Shown piece by piece: positions 39,370 through 49,565 of a DNA stretch of 64,000 nt. The notes under the pieces were generated by a model. It had not been told where the DNA came from and ran no database searches. It saw only the letters and a list, made by a program, of their open reading frames with translations. Source of the stretch: Candidatus Pacearchaeota archaeon (lineage in GTDB: Archaea; Nanobdellota; Nanobdellia; UBA10117; JAFCGI01). Position 1 is the first letter of the stretch. Every line of letters starts with the position of its first letter. The stretch is from positions 1,423 to 65,422 of the forward strand of contig JAFCGI010000001.1 in assembly GCA_017608235.1 (NCBI GenBank), in the 5' to 3' direction. Position numbers and translations under genes: made by a program.

Positions 39370-40818
39370 ATGGATAGAAAAGAAACAATTAGTTATCTTT
39401 TAAAGAAAGGTATTCTTCCTACAGATGATAAAATAAAGGAGTTAGTGGAAGAGGACTTTAAAAGTGCTTCAGATGTTCAGAGTGAACAAGAAAGAAAGCA
39501 AGATAATAATATTCAAGAACAGACACAAAAAGAGGTTATTGAGAGTAGAAGAATTGTTGAAGATATAGATACAAAGATTGAAGTTATAAGAGATTATAAA
39601 TCATCTGCCTTTAAAAAGTTTAAACTAGATGATTTTCCAAAACTTATGAGGGATAGATATGAAGCTATCAAGAGTATTTTATTAGCTAGGCAAGAAACAG
39701 AAGGTTGTGTTTCTATAAATAAGTTAAATTCAACATCTGGAAGTGCAGTAATTATAGCAATTATTTCTGATATTTTGAAATTAAGAACTGGTACTTTGAA
39801 GTTAGATTTAGAAGATCTTACAGGAAGAGTATCAGGAATTATTCCTATTAAAAACCAAGAGATGATTGAAAAGTCAAAACAGTTAGCTCTTGATGAGGTT
39901 GTTGCAGTTAAAGGATCTTTTTCAAGAGGTGTTTTATTTATTAATGATATTATTTGGCCGGACATACCATATGTAAACAGGGAAAAGTGTGATGAGGATG
40001 TTTATGTGGCTTTCTCAGGAGATTTGCATATAGGTTCTAATACTTTTTTACCTAAAGAGTTTGATAAATTTCTTAAATGGATTAGTGGCAAGTCAGGAAA
40101 TAAAACACAAAGAGATATTGCTAATAAAATTAAATATGTGTTTATTGCTGGAGATTTAGTGGATGGTGTTGGAATATATCCAGGGCAAGATAAAGAACTT
40201 ACTATAACAGATATAAGTAAACAATATGATAAGGTTGCAGAGTATTTATCTATGATTCCAAATGATAAAAAAATACTTATCTGTCCAGGAAATCATGATG
40301 TGGGAAGAATTGAGGAACCACAACCAGCATTAGATAAATATATGAGTGCGCCGGTGATAGAACTTCCAAATGTTATTAGTATTAGTAATCCAGCATATTT
40401 AAAAATTCATAAGACTAAGGGTTTTTCTGGTTTAAATGTGTTAATGTATCATGGATATAGTTTTGATTATTTTATTGATAAGATAGAATACATAAGAAAT
40501 AGTGGAGGTTATGAGTCTCCAGATAAACTAATAGAATTTTTGTTAAGGAAAAGACATTTAGCTCCTAGTCATGGGAGTACACTTTGTCTGCCATTAGAAG
40601 AAGATCCTTTGGTTATTAGACAAGTTCCAGATGTGGTTGCTACAGGACATATTCATAAAGCAAAGGTTTCTCAATATAAAGGAGTTTTAACGATTGCATC
40701 TTCTTGCTGGCAGAAAAATACAAGTTTTCAGGATAAGATGGGGTTGCATGCTGATCCTTGTAAAGTACCTATACTTAATCTTAAAACAAATTCAGTTAGA
40801 ACACTTAGTTTTATATAG
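39370..40818 (+). CDS. polB1: DNA polymerase II (PolD) small subunit DP1
   Basis: It has calcineurin-like phosphoesterase motifs (FSGDLHIGS, FIAGDLVDGVG, PGNHD, GHIH) in the DP1 architecture, plus an N-terminal OB region. Confidence 0.9.
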   Translation: MDRKETISYLLKKGILPTDDKIKELVEEDFKSASDVQSEQERKQDNNIQEQTQKEVIESRRIVEDIDTKIEVIRDYKSSAFKKFKLDDFPKLMRDRYEAIKSILLARQETEGCVSINKLNSTSGSAVIIAIISDILKLRTGTLKLDLEDLTGRVSGIIPIKNQEMIEKSKQLALDEVVAVKGSFSRGVLFINDIIWPDIPYVNREKCDEDVYVAFSGDLHIGSNTFLPKEFDKFLKWISGKSGNKTQRDIANKIKYVFIAGDLVDGVGIYPGQDKELTITDISKQYDKVAEYLSMIPNDKKILICPGNHDVGRIEEPQPALDKYMSAPVIELPNVISISNPAYLKIHKTKGFSGLNVLMYHGYSFDYFIDKIEYIRNSGGYESPDKLIEFLLRKRHLAPSHGSTLCLPLEEDPLVIRQVPDVVATGHIHKAKVSQYKGVLTIASSCWQKNTSFQDKMGLHADPCKVPILNLKTNSVRTLSFI

Positions 40819-40882
40819 TTGAGTTAATTTGTTTTATTAGTTATAATAGTTTTTAAAAAAAGAATAATTTTAAGAGGGTGTG

Positions 40883-43800
40883 ATGGCTGATCTTATTTGT
40901 AGTCCTAAGATAAGGAAGTATTTTGATTCTATTACTAAGGAAGTAAATAATCTTTATGAGGTTGCTAGAAAAGCCAGGCTTAAAGGCTATGATCCTGAAC
41001 CAGAGCCGGAAGTGTTCTTAGCAGAGAATGTTGCAGAAAGGGTTGTAGGATTAATAGCGACTGCAGCACCACAGATTCGGAATAAAGGAGTTGCAGAGAG
41101 AATAACTGAATTGGAGAATGAATATGGAGTAGGAGATTGGAGGATTGCACTTAGAATAGCAGAGGAGGTTGCCTCTGAAAAATTTTGTAAGTTTAAAGAT
41201 CTTACAGAGCAGATATCAATAGGATCTAAATTAGGATTAGCATATGTTACTAATGGGGTTGTTTCGTCTCCTTTGGAAGGAATGGCATCATTTCAACTTA
41301 AAAAAAGAAAAGATGGTAAAGATTATTTAGCGGTTTATTATGCAGGACCTATAAGAAGTGCAGGAGGTACTGCTGCAGCTGTTTCTGTATTAATAGCAGA
41401 TTATGTTAGAAGAAAATTAGGAGTTAGTGATTATGATATTACAGATGATGAGGTTAAAAGATATCAGGTAGAGATAGATGATTATGTTTCTAAAATAGCT
41501 CATAGACAGTATGTTCCAACACCAGAAGAAATTGAATTATTAGTAAGAGGTATAAAAATAGAGATTAGTGGAGATCCAACAGAGAAATATGAGGTTTCTC
41601 GTTTTAAAAGATTGGATAGAGTAGAGACGTCAATGATTAGGGGAGGAATGTGTTTGGTTTTAACTGAAGGTCCATCTTTAAAGTGTTTTAAGTTATGGAA
41701 ACAATTACAAAATTGGAAGGATGATTTTGGTTTAGATGATTGGGTTTGGCTTAAAGATTTTATTAAGCTTAGGGAGAGGATGCATTCTTCAGAACAGGAA
41801 AATAAAAAAGATGATAAAGAAAAAGAAGAAATAAAAATAAAAACAAATGATAGTTATTTAAAAGATATTGTCGCTGGCAGGCCTGTTTTTGGATATCCGA
41901 TGGCTTCAGGCGCATTTAGACTTAGATATGGCAGGACAAGAATTTCTGGGTATGGTTCGATGTGTTTGCAACCTGCTACCATGAGAGTTCTAAAGAATTA
42001 TTTGGCTACAGGCAGTCAATTGAAATTAGAAAGACCTGGTAAGGCTACTGCATTATCTGTTTGTGATAGTATTGATGGACCTGTTGTAAAATTGGAAGAT
42101 GGATCTGTTGTTAGGATAAATTCTGAAGAGGATTTTGATAAACTTGATCAAGGAATAGATGAGATATTATATTTAGGAGATATTTTGATAAGTTATGGAG
42201 AGTTTGCAGAAAATGGAGAAAGATTGCCTCCAGCAGGATATTGTGAAGAGTGGTGGAAACTTGAATTAGAAAAGCATACTAAAGATGTTCCAGATAAAGT
42301 TGATTTTAAGAAAGCTGTAGAGTTATCTAAAAAATATAAAATTCCATTGCATCCAGATTTTATTTATTTTTGGAAGGAGATTTCTAAAGAACAGTTTAGT
42401 TTGTTATTTGGCTGGCTTAAGAAAGCAGATTTTAAAAATAAAGAAGCTATACTTTCAATAGATTTTGATGCAAAGCGAGCATTAGAACTTATTGCTTGTC
42501 CACATTCTGTTAGAGATGATATAATAATTATTGATCAAGTTAATACACTGGCATTATTTTATCAATTAGGTTTAATAGATATAGATTATAAAAAATTAGA
42601 TGCTAATTTTACATATAGTGAATCTAGTTTAGATATTGTAAATAAATTATCTCCTATAGAGATAAGAGATAAGTCTGGAACTTTTATTGGATCAAGAATG
42701 GGTCGTCCTGAGAAAGCTAAGTTAAGAAAGCTTGCTGGAAGTCCACATGGTTTTTTTCCGGTTGGGAAACAAGGTGGAAGATTAAGATGTTTTCAGAGTG
42801 CATTAGAAGAAGGATATATTAAGGCAGAGTTTCCAATTTTCTTTTGTGATAATTGTAATAAAGAAACTGTTTTTTCTGTGTGTGAAACTTGCGATTTTAA
42901 GACAGAACAATTGAAAATTTGTTCTGTATGTAAGAAGAAAACAAGAGAAGATGAATGTCATGCTAAAGAAACAGTTCCATATCAAACTAAGAAAATAGAT
43001 ATTAAACATTATCTTTCTGCAGTTAGATCTAAAATTAAATTAGAACATGTACCCTCACTCATAAAAGGAGTTAGAGGAACATGGAATAAAGACCATACTT
43101 TAGAACATTTATCTAAAGCATTATTGAGAGCGAAACATAAATTGTTTGTTAATAAAGATGGAACTGTAAGATATGATATGACAGAGATGGGTATAACCCA
43201 TTTTACTCCAGAAGAAGTTGGAACTTCAATTAAGAAATTGAAAGAGCTTGGTTATGATAAAGACATAAATGGTAAAGATATAGTAAAAGAAGATCAAATT
43301 ATAGAACTTAAACCCCAAGACATGGTATTGCCTGCTTGTCCTGAATCTGAAGAAGAAGGAGCAGAAGAGATTTTATATAGAATAGCAAATTTTGTGGATG
43401 ATCTCTTAGTAAATCTTTATGGTTGTGAACCTTATTATGATCTAAAATCTAAAGAAGATTTAAGAGGGCAATTAGTTGTGGGACTAGCGCCCCATACTTC
43501 TGCAGGTATTGTTGGAAGGATTGTGGGTTTTTCAAAGACGCAAGGTTGTTTTGCACAACCATATATGCATGATGCTATGAGAAGAGATTTAGATGGTGAT
43601 GAGACTGCAGTTATGTTAGCATTAGATTTGTTTTTGAATTTTTCTAAGAGATTTTTGCCAAGTAGCAGGGGAGCAACGCAGGATGCACCATTAGTATTAA
43701 CAGTGTTATTGAATCCTGGAGAGATTGATGATGAGGTTTATGATGTTGATATTGTGTTTAAATATCCATTAGAATTATATGAAGCTGCTTTAGAAGCAAA

Positions 43801-44338
43801 GTTTCCACATGAGATTAAAATAGAACAAATCAAACATAGGCTTGGTAAACCAGAACAGTATGAGGGATTTGGATTTACTCATTCTGTGAGTAATATGAAT
43901 ATTGGACCAAGACTATCTGCATATAAAACAATTCCAGCGATGTTAGATAAGGTTGAGGGTCAGATAGAATTAGCTAGGAAGATTAGAGCATCTGATTTAG
44001 AAAAAGTTGCAACTTTAGTTATAGAAAGACATTTTTTAAGAGATATTAAAGGAAATCTAAGAAAGTTTACTATGCAAGGTTTTAGATGTGTGAGGTGTAA
44101 TGCTAAATATAGAAGACAACCTTTGTGTGGAGAGTGTACTGTTTGTGGAGGTAATATTGTATTTACTATTGCAGAAGGTACTGTAATTAAGTATTTAGAT
44201 GTTAGTTTAAAGCTAGCTAAGTATGGAAATGTAAATAGTTATTTAAAGCAGTGTCTTTCTTTACTAGAAAATAGAATAGAATCTGTGTTTGGTAAAGATA
44301 AAACAAAACAAATTGAGTTAGAGAGTTTCTTCAATTGA
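40883..44338 (+). CDS. polC: DNA polymerase II (PolD) large subunit DP2
   Basis: The N-terminus MADLICSPKIRKYFD is typical of DP2. Length is about 1150 aa. Zn-finger Cys clusters (CDNCNK...CETC, CVRCN...CGEC..C) are present. There is no intein. I set the start at the ATG at 40883. Confidence 0.95.
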   Translation: MADLICSPKIRKYFDSITKEVNNLYEVARKARLKGYDPEPEPEVFLAENVAERVVGLIATAAPQIRNKGVAERITELENEYGVGDWRIALRIAEEVASEKFCKFKDLTEQISIGSKLGLAYVTNGVVSSPLEGMASFQLKKRKDGKDYLAVYYAGPIRSAGGTAAAVSVLIADYVRRKLGVSDYDITDDEVKRYQVEIDDYVSKIAHRQYVPTPEEIELLVRGIKIEISGDPTEKYEVSRFKRLDRVETSMIRGGMCLVLTEGPSLKCFKLWKQLQNWKDDFGLDDWVWLKDFIKLRERMHSSEQENKKDDKEKEEIKIKTNDSYLKDIVAGRPVFGYPMASGAFRLRYGRTRISGYGSMCLQPATMRVLKNYLATGSQLKLERPGKATALSVCDSIDGPVVKLEDGSVVRINSEEDFDKLDQGIDEILYLGDILISYGEFAENGERLPPAGYCEEWWKLELEKHTKDVPDKVDFKKAVELSKKYKIPLHPDFIYFWKEISKEQFSLLFGWLKKADFKNKEAILSIDFDAKRALELIACPHSVRDDIIIIDQVNTLALFYQLGLIDIDYKKLDANFTYSESSLDIVNKLSPIEIRDKSGTFIGSRMGRPEKAKLRKLAGSPHGFFPVGKQGGRLRCFQSALEEGYIKAEFPIFFCDNCNKETVFSVCETCDFKTEQLKICSVCKKKTREDECHAKETVPYQTKKIDIKHYLSAVRSKIKLEHVPSLIKGVRGTWNKDHTLEHLSKALLRAKHKLFVNKDGTVRYDMTEMGITHFTPEEVGTSIKKLKELGYDKDINGKDIVKEDQIIELKPQDMVLPACPESEEEGAEEILYRIANFVDDLLVNLYGCEPYYDLKSKEDLRGQLVVGLAPHTSAGIVGRIVGFSKTQGCFAQPYMHDAMRRDLDGDETAVMLALDLFLNFSKRFLPSSRGATQDAPLVLTVLLNPGEIDDEVYDVDIVFKYPLELYEAALEAKFPHEIKIEQIKHRLGKPEQYEGFGFTHSVSNMNIGPRLSAYKTIPAMLDKVEGQIELARKIRASDLEKVATLVIERHFLRDIKGNLRKFTMQGFRCVRCNAKYRRQPLCGECTVCGGNIVFTIAEGTVIKYLDVSLKLAKYGNVNSYLKQCLSLLENRIESVFGKDKTKQIELESFFN

Positions 44339-44375
44339 ACCTTTTAGAAAAGGTATTTATAAAAAAATTGAAGAA

Positions 44376-44485
44376 AACAACCTTCTTTAGGAAAGAAGCT
44401 TGACCAAGAAAGGAGAAGTTATGAAAATGAAACAACCTTCTTTAGGAAAGAAGCTTGACCAAGAAAGGAGAAGTTATGAAAATAA
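44376..44485 (+). repeat. Perfect or near-perfect 55-bp tandem duplication (2 copies) of the RBS plus start region of the downstream gene
   Basis: Copy 1 at 44376..44430 and copy 2 at 44431..44485 both read AACAACCTTCTTTAGGAAAGAAGCTTGACCAAGAAAGGAGAAGTTATGAAAAT. Each carries an AGGAG RBS and an ATGAAAAT start. Only copy 2 is in frame with the long ORF. Confidence 0.8.
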
Positions 44486-45183
44486 GATGCCCTGATGGGT
44501 CTTTAAAAACTACAGAATGGTGTGCTAATTGTAATAAGTGTTTGCCTAAGCCTATTAAAGATGCTTTACTTCCTGTAGAAAGAAAAAGAAGTAATTCTGA
44601 GATTCCTAGATTTGGAGTTACTAGAGTTACTAATAAATGTTTAAGATCTACATATTTTGATTTAACTGAAGAGGTTGTGCATGATCTTGAAAAGTTATGG
44701 GTTTTTTCTAGAGGGCATGCATTCCATGAACATTTTAAGTTTGATGAAAAAGAACGGTTTATTAAAAAAAATTTTGGTGATTTTGAAGTAATTGGATTTA
44801 TTGATGCAGTTCATGATAGTGTAATTTATGAGTTAAAGACAACAAATAATATTCCTGAAGCTCCACAAGAACATCATAAGTTGCAAGCTCAGGCTTATTA
44901 TTCTATGATGTCTGATGAGGAAAAAGCAAAAATCAAAAAGATCTTGATAGTTTATTTGAGCTTGCAGAAGATTAAAGTTTTTGAGGTTCCTAAAAGGGAT
45001 ATTACAGAGTTTTTAGAAAAGCAAGGTAGAATTTTAGTTACTGCGCTTAAGGAGAAGATACCACCAAATAAAACTCAGAGCTGGCTTTGTAATTATTGTT
45101 CACATAAGGATAGGTGTAATGGCCATTCAGATGATTTATTTGTTTCTGATGCAAAGAGGACTAAGCAAGCTAGTTTAATTTAG
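44476..45183 (+). CDS. Cas4-like PD-(D/E)xK nuclease (DUF83 family) with an N-terminal Zn-ribbon and a C-terminal Cys cluster. It is solo, with no CRISPR locus in the window.
   Basis: The motifs follow Cas4 order. N-terminal Cys residues are RCPDG..CANCNKC. The RecB motifs are IDAVHD and YELK. QAQAYY supplies the QxxxY motif. The C-terminal cluster is CNYCSHKDRC. I set the start at the ATG at 44476, preceded by the AGGAG RBS. Confidence 0.55.
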   Translation: MKIRCPDGSLKTTEWCANCNKCLPKPIKDALLPVERKRSNSEIPRFGVTRVTNKCLRSTYFDLTEEVVHDLEKLWVFSRGHAFHEHFKFDEKERFIKKNFGDFEVIGFIDAVHDSVIYELKTTNNIPEAPQEHHKLQAQAYYSMMSDEEKAKIKKILIVYLSLQKIKVFEVPKRDITEFLEKQGRILVTALKEKIPPNKTQSWLCNYCSHKDRCNGHSDDLFVSDAKRTKQASLI

Positions 45184-45228
45184 AATTGTATCTTCTAGCA
45201 AAATAAAGCTTTTAATTTCAATTATTAA

Positions 45229-46359
45229 TTGGGTTTTAAAATGGGATCTATTCATGGTAGTCTGAAATTAATTTATGGAAGTTCTGGAGAATGGAGAGCT
45301 AAAAATGTTAAAAAAGCAATATTAGATTTATGTAATAATAAAGACAAAATATGGGTTCCTGAAGATGATTATGCAGTGGTTAATAACTTAGAAAATTTAA
45401 TTGAGGCAATTACCAATAAAGGTGATGAAGGACTTCCACTTATTGAAGCGAAAAGAATTGATTTTGGTGATGGAGAATTTAAAGTAGCTATTGACAATAG
45501 AATATCATTGAGAGATTCTGATGTCTTTTATTTTTTAGATATACATACTAATGATTATTCAAGATTAAGTAAAAGAGTTCTTGAGAGTCAAATAGGGCTG
45601 GATACTATTAGTGGGGCTAAAGCAAGTAGAGTTACTTATGTTGTGCCATTATTTCCATATGCCAGGCAGGAGAGAAGAACAGGACATGAGCCTCAATCTG
45701 CTAGAGCAATGGTTCGTATGTATGAAACTCTTGGAGCAGATTCTATTATGACTATGGATTTACATGCCCCAACAATTACTGGATTTGGTACTTGTATGGA
45801 TTTTGAACATCTTAAGATTAGGGAGTTATTTATTGATTATATAAAGAAAAATATTGGTGAAGGTGATGATATTGTTCTTTGTGCACCAGATGCAGGAGCT
45901 GGAAAAATTACTGGTTACTATGTAAGAAATCTTAATTGTGAATTGATAACTGGATTTAAGAGAAGGAATCTAAGTTCTATAGATGAAATAGATATTTTTG
46001 ATTTACCAAATATTGATTGTAGTGGTAAAAAAGCAATTATAATTGATGATTTGATAAGTACTGGAGGTACTATGCTTAAAGCAGCAAAAAAATTATATAT
46101 GGAGCGGGGAGCAGAACAAGTATTTGCATTTGCTACACATCCAGTAATGCCTGGAAATGCATTTAATAATTTTTCAAATGCATACTCAGAAGGTTATTTT
46201 CATGGACTGGTTGTTGGAGATACAGTATATAGAGATCCTGTAGGATTAAAATATAAATGGTTTACAACAATAGACACATCAAAACGTTTTGCTCAAGCTA
46301 TTATTCAGAAACATATTGGTGGATCTGTAGAATTACTGCATTATAAAGATAGAACTTAA
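45229..46359 (+). CDS. prs: Ribose-phosphate pyrophosphokinase (PRPP synthetase)-like
   Basis: It has FGDGEFKV, a Prs signature in PLFPYARQER, DLHAP, and the PRPP-binding loop IIIDDLISTGGT. An N-terminal extension of about 60 aa is present. Confidence 0.7.
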   Translation: MGFKMGSIHGSLKLIYGSSGEWRAKNVKKAILDLCNNKDKIWVPEDDYAVVNNLENLIEAITNKGDEGLPLIEAKRIDFGDGEFKVAIDNRISLRDSDVFYFLDIHTNDYSRLSKRVLESQIGLDTISGAKASRVTYVVPLFPYARQERRTGHEPQSARAMVRMYETLGADSIMTMDLHAPTITGFGTCMDFEHLKIRELFIDYIKKNIGEGDDIVLCAPDAGAGKITGYYVRNLNCELITGFKRRNLSSIDEIDIFDLPNIDCSGKKAIIIDDLISTGGTMLKAAKKLYMERGAEQVFAFATHPVMPGNAFNNFSNAYSEGYFHGLVVGDTVYRDPVGLKYKWFTTIDTSKRFAQAIIQKHIGGSVELLHYKDRT

Positions 46360-47234
46360 GCAACAATAATTGCACCTGCTAACATTAGTATGATTGCAAT
46401 TATTTTTTGAAATATAATATTTTTGGAAATTTCTTCTTCAAGTATTTTCGGATAGTATATACTTAAGACAGTTGAAAATAATAATACAAAGATTATTTGT
46501 GTAGTGATAAGTGCTTGTACTAGCGTAACAAAACCTATAGATATGGCAACAGTCATAATAAATAGTGCAGTTATATTTATGAGCTCATTTGAGGATATAA
46601 TTGTTAATATTTCTTTTTGTTTTGTTGCTAGTTTTTTAAGGTCTGGTAAGTAAATAAAAATAACTGGAAGCAATATGATTATTGCACCAAATCTTGCATA
46701 AGAAAAAGCACTCCAATAATCCATAAAATTTAGTAAATATTTAATAGATGTAGATGATAATGCTAAGAAAAGCGCTGCAAATATCATTAAGAAAAATGAT
46801 TTGTTGAATTTTATATCAAAACTTCTAATTGAGAGTAAAATAGCTCCAGCTACCAATAAAAATATTCCAATATATTTTAAGAGAGTAAAAGATTCGTTTA
46901 GAAATATAGCCGCAATTATTAGCACAAAAATAGGTGCTAAATGAAATAAGGGACCAACACGAGATACTTCTTCAAGTTGTATTGCTTTGAAATAAAGTAT
47001 GCTCATGATTACAAAGGAAGCACCAGATATTATTGCAATAAATAAATTAAATATAGATATACTAGCTAATCCTTTTACTAGTGAGATCACAAAACTTGCA
47101 GCTATGCCTATAAATCCAAATATTATTACTGGAATTGCTGGTTGTTTTATCCATTTAGACATATATATTTTGTCTATGATTTGCACTATAGCAAACATTG
47201 TTGTTGCTAGTAATGTTAATATTAGCCATAACAT
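46356..47234 (-). CDS. Membrane protein, probable EamA/DMT-superfamily transporter
   Basis: It has about 10 TM helices in two repeated halves. Confidence 0.45.
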   Translation of the reverse strand: MLWLILTLLATTMFAIVQIIDKIYMSKWIKQPAIPVIIFGFIGIAASFVISLVKGLASISIFNLFIAIISGASFVIMSILYFKAIQLEEVSRVGPLFHLAPIFVLIIAAIFLNESFTLLKYIGIFLLVAGAILLSIRSFDIKFNKSFFLMIFAALFLALSSTSIKYLLNFMDYWSAFSYARFGAIIILLPVIFIYLPDLKKLATKQKEILTIISSNELINITALFIMTVAISIGFVTLVQALITTQIIFVLLFSTVLSIYYPKILEEEISKNIIFQKIIAIILMLAGAIIVA

Positions 47235-47497
47235 TTTATTAAATGAATTTTAATTATGTTAATAAAGATTTAGTTTAGTATAGATAATAAAAACTATACT
47301 TAATATGAGTGAGCTTGTTAATAACAAACACACTACACAAGTTTAGTTTAGTCTCAATTATTTGATAAGAAAAAAAGAGATGATTCAGAGATAATAAAAA
47401 ATTACTGGAACAATTAAACAGGATTGCAAATTCTCTATAATTAATAAAGAATAGTATATAGGATATGCATGATTTTGTAATTTTGTTAAATGAATGT

Positions 47498-48748
47498 TTA
47501 CTTAGATATCAGCCATTTCCATAAAGGTATATAGTTTATCCCATCCTCATATTTTTCAAGATCTTTTGTTATGATTGTCAATTTAGCAGTTTTATATTTC
47601 TGCTGAAATTCTAATAGACTTTCTATTTCTCTCTTATGTATTTTGTTAGTATAAGTAACATTTATTGCAGTTAAATGATTATCTTTCTTCTTAACTACAA
47701 AATCTACTTCTTTTTTTCCTCTCCAGAAATAAACATCTTCTCCATGTCTTTTGAGTTCTATTAAAACAGCATTTTCTGCGAGCTGTCCAAGATCATCTGA
47801 AAATTTAAATGAGATAGCATTTCTTAAGCCAGTATCTATAGAATAGCATTTTATATCTTTTTTAAGCTGAGTTTTAACTTTCCATGAAAAATAATTTATT
47901 TTGAACAAGAGAAAAACTTCTTCAAAATAAGGAATATATTTTTTAACAGTTTCATAATGCAGGTTTAATGCTCTTGCAATACTATTGTATGAAAAAGGTG
48001 AGGATATATTTGTCATTAAGTAATATCCTATCTGCTTAACAGTTTCTGAATCTGAATTAAATCTAGAAGTTATATCTCGTGAAAGAATATCATTATATAA
48101 CTCAACTAAAATAGATTTAGAAGTTAGTGAATCTGCATTAATGGTTTCAGGAAATCCTCCAGATTTAAGATAAATTTCAAGAAGATGAATAATTCTTTCT
48201 CGTTTTGAAATCTGTTTAGGATTAATGATTTTATGATATTTTAAAAACTCTTTGAATGAAAAAGGAGTAACAATCGTTGTGAGATGTCTGCCAGTTAGCG
48301 TTTTTCCTATGTCTCTTGAAATTAAAGAAGCAGAAGAACCAGAAACAAATATTTGTTTAAATATATTCCTATCATAAAAAGTTCTTATTATTTTTTCCCA
48401 GTTTTTAATATTTTGAATTTCATCAAGAAAAACATAAGAAATATCAGGATTAATTTGTAGAGATATTTTTATTGCTTCCTCAAGATCAAGCAATTCAGGA
48501 TCATCAAAGTTAAGATATAATATATCTTTGGGGTTAATGTTTTTTTCAATCAAGCTTGAAATTATTTGATATATTAAAACAGTCTTCCCAGAACGTCTAA
48601 CTCCAATTACATCTTTAATATGTTTAGTCTTAATACTATCTATTAATCCAGATAAATAAATTCGATCAATGCCAGTAACTTTTTTGAGGCTACCTGGTGT
48701 TTCCCACCAAACATTCCATTTTTTAATTGCTTTATTCATAATATTCAA
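47498..48748 (-). CDS. AAA+ ATPase with a DUF4143 domain (COG1373 family)
   Basis: It has a P-loop (GVRRSGKT), Walker B (VFLDEIQ), and C-terminal DUF4143-like segments. Confidence 0.7.
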   Translation of the reverse strand: MNIMNKAIKKWNVWWETPGSLKKVTGIDRIYLSGLIDSIKTKHIKDVIGVRRSGKTVLIYQIISSLIEKNINPKDILYLNFDDPELLDLEEAIKISLQINPDISYVFLDEIQNIKNWEKIIRTFYDRNIFKQIFVSGSSASLISRDIGKTLTGRHLTTIVTPFSFKEFLKYHKIINPKQISKRERIIHLLEIYLKSGGFPETINADSLTSKSILVELYNDILSRDITSRFNSDSETVKQIGYYLMTNISSPFSYNSIARALNLHYETVKKYIPYFEEVFLLFKINYFSWKVKTQLKKDIKCYSIDTGLRNAISFKFSDDLGQLAENAVLIELKRHGEDVYFWRGKKEVDFVVKKKDNHLTAINVTYTNKIHKREIESLLEFQQKYKTAKLTIITKDLEKYEDGINYIPLWKWLISK

Positions 48749-48835
48749 AGTTATTCTTTATTTATAAGAGTTTCTGTTATAGTGTAAGATAAATATACTT
48801 TTATTATCACACATATGTAATATTATTTAAAAATA

Positions 48836-48990
48836 ATAAAAAACAACTACAAAAATTAATGATCCATTGCATGAATTCTTCGTGTTCCTGTTAAAAGATC
48901 TAGAAGTCAATAGCTGAGGTAGTAATTAAGACTAGGAATCCTATAGTGCTAGAGAAATAGAATGTGAAATCTGCTAAAAGTAATAATAAT
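48836..48990 (-). pseudogene. Degenerate duplicate of the 3' end (the last ~50 codons) of the DUF112/TctA-like membrane-protein gene
   Basis: The 48836..48990 stretch aligns at about 80 to 85% identity to 49985..50145 (AAAAAACAACTACAA-AATTAATGATCC-ATTGCATGAATTCT...GAGAAATAGAATGT...). It is not in an intact ORF. Confidence 0.6.
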
Positions 48991-49075
48991 TAACATATGT
49001 TAAAAATATTTAACGATCAAAATGTTTATAAATAATGTTAATTAAAATTAACATATGTTAAAAATATTTAACGAT
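48990..49075 (+). promoter_or_regulatory. Two copies of a 28-bp element carrying the perfect palindrome TTAACATATGTTAA. Copy 2 overlaps the start codon of the HTH-nucleotidyltransferase gene. It is a putative autoregulatory operator.
   Basis: TTAACATATGTTAAAAATATTTAACGAT occurs at 48990..49017 and again at 49048..49075, the second copy carrying the ATG at 49055. The 14-bp cores at 48990..49003 and 49048..49061 are perfect dyads. Confidence 0.5.
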
Positions 49076-49564
49076 TTAGAACTCTTTTTTATTGATAGCT
49101 ACAGACGCATCAATATAAGAGAATATGCTAGATTAAAAAATATAAGCCCACCATCAGCATCTAAACTGCTCAAGATGTTTGAAAAAGAAGGCTTACTTGT
49201 TAGAGAAGAAGATAAGAGATATATTAATTATTTTGCCAACAAAAATAGCAGACAGTTTGTGGAGCTCTCAAAGATTTATTGGTTTTTACAGTTAAAGAAA
49301 ACTGGGCTATTAGATCATATTGAAAAAGAATTAGTTATTCAAGTATGTGTTTTGTTTGGTTCATTTTCTAAGGCAGAAATTAAAAAAGAGTCAGACATAG
49401 ATTTAGCAATATTTACACCATCCAAGAAAGCTATAAATTTAGAAAAATTTGAACGAAAATTAAAGCGAAAGATACAGTTGTTTGTATTTAAGAATAGAGA
49501 GGAAATTAGTAAAGAGTTGTTGAATAACATACTAAATGGATTTATTCTTTTAGGAGGGTGGTAG
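49055..49564 (+). CDS. HTH plus minimal nucleotidyltransferase (MNT) domain protein, the antitoxin-type partner of a HEPN/MNT module
   Basis: An N-terminal wHTH (REYARLKNISPPSASKLLKMFEKEGLL) is followed by a pol-beta-type NTase motif, GSFSKAEIKKESDIDLAIF. Confidence 0.6.
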   Translation: MLKIFNDLELFFIDSYRRINIREYARLKNISPPSASKLLKMFEKEGLLVREEDKRYINYFANKNSRQFVELSKIYWFLQLKKTGLLDHIEKELVIQVCVLFGSFSKAEIKKESDIDLAIFTPSKKAINLEKFERKLKRKIQLFVFKNREEISKELLNNILNGFILLGGW

Positions 49565-49565
49565 T

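Noticed and set aside
44376-44485. A possible CRISPR array next to the Cas4-like gene
   Set aside because: There are only two contiguous copies of a 55-bp unit with no spacers, and they contain the RBS and start codon. This is a tandem duplication, not a repeat-spacer array. No other cas genes lie nearby.
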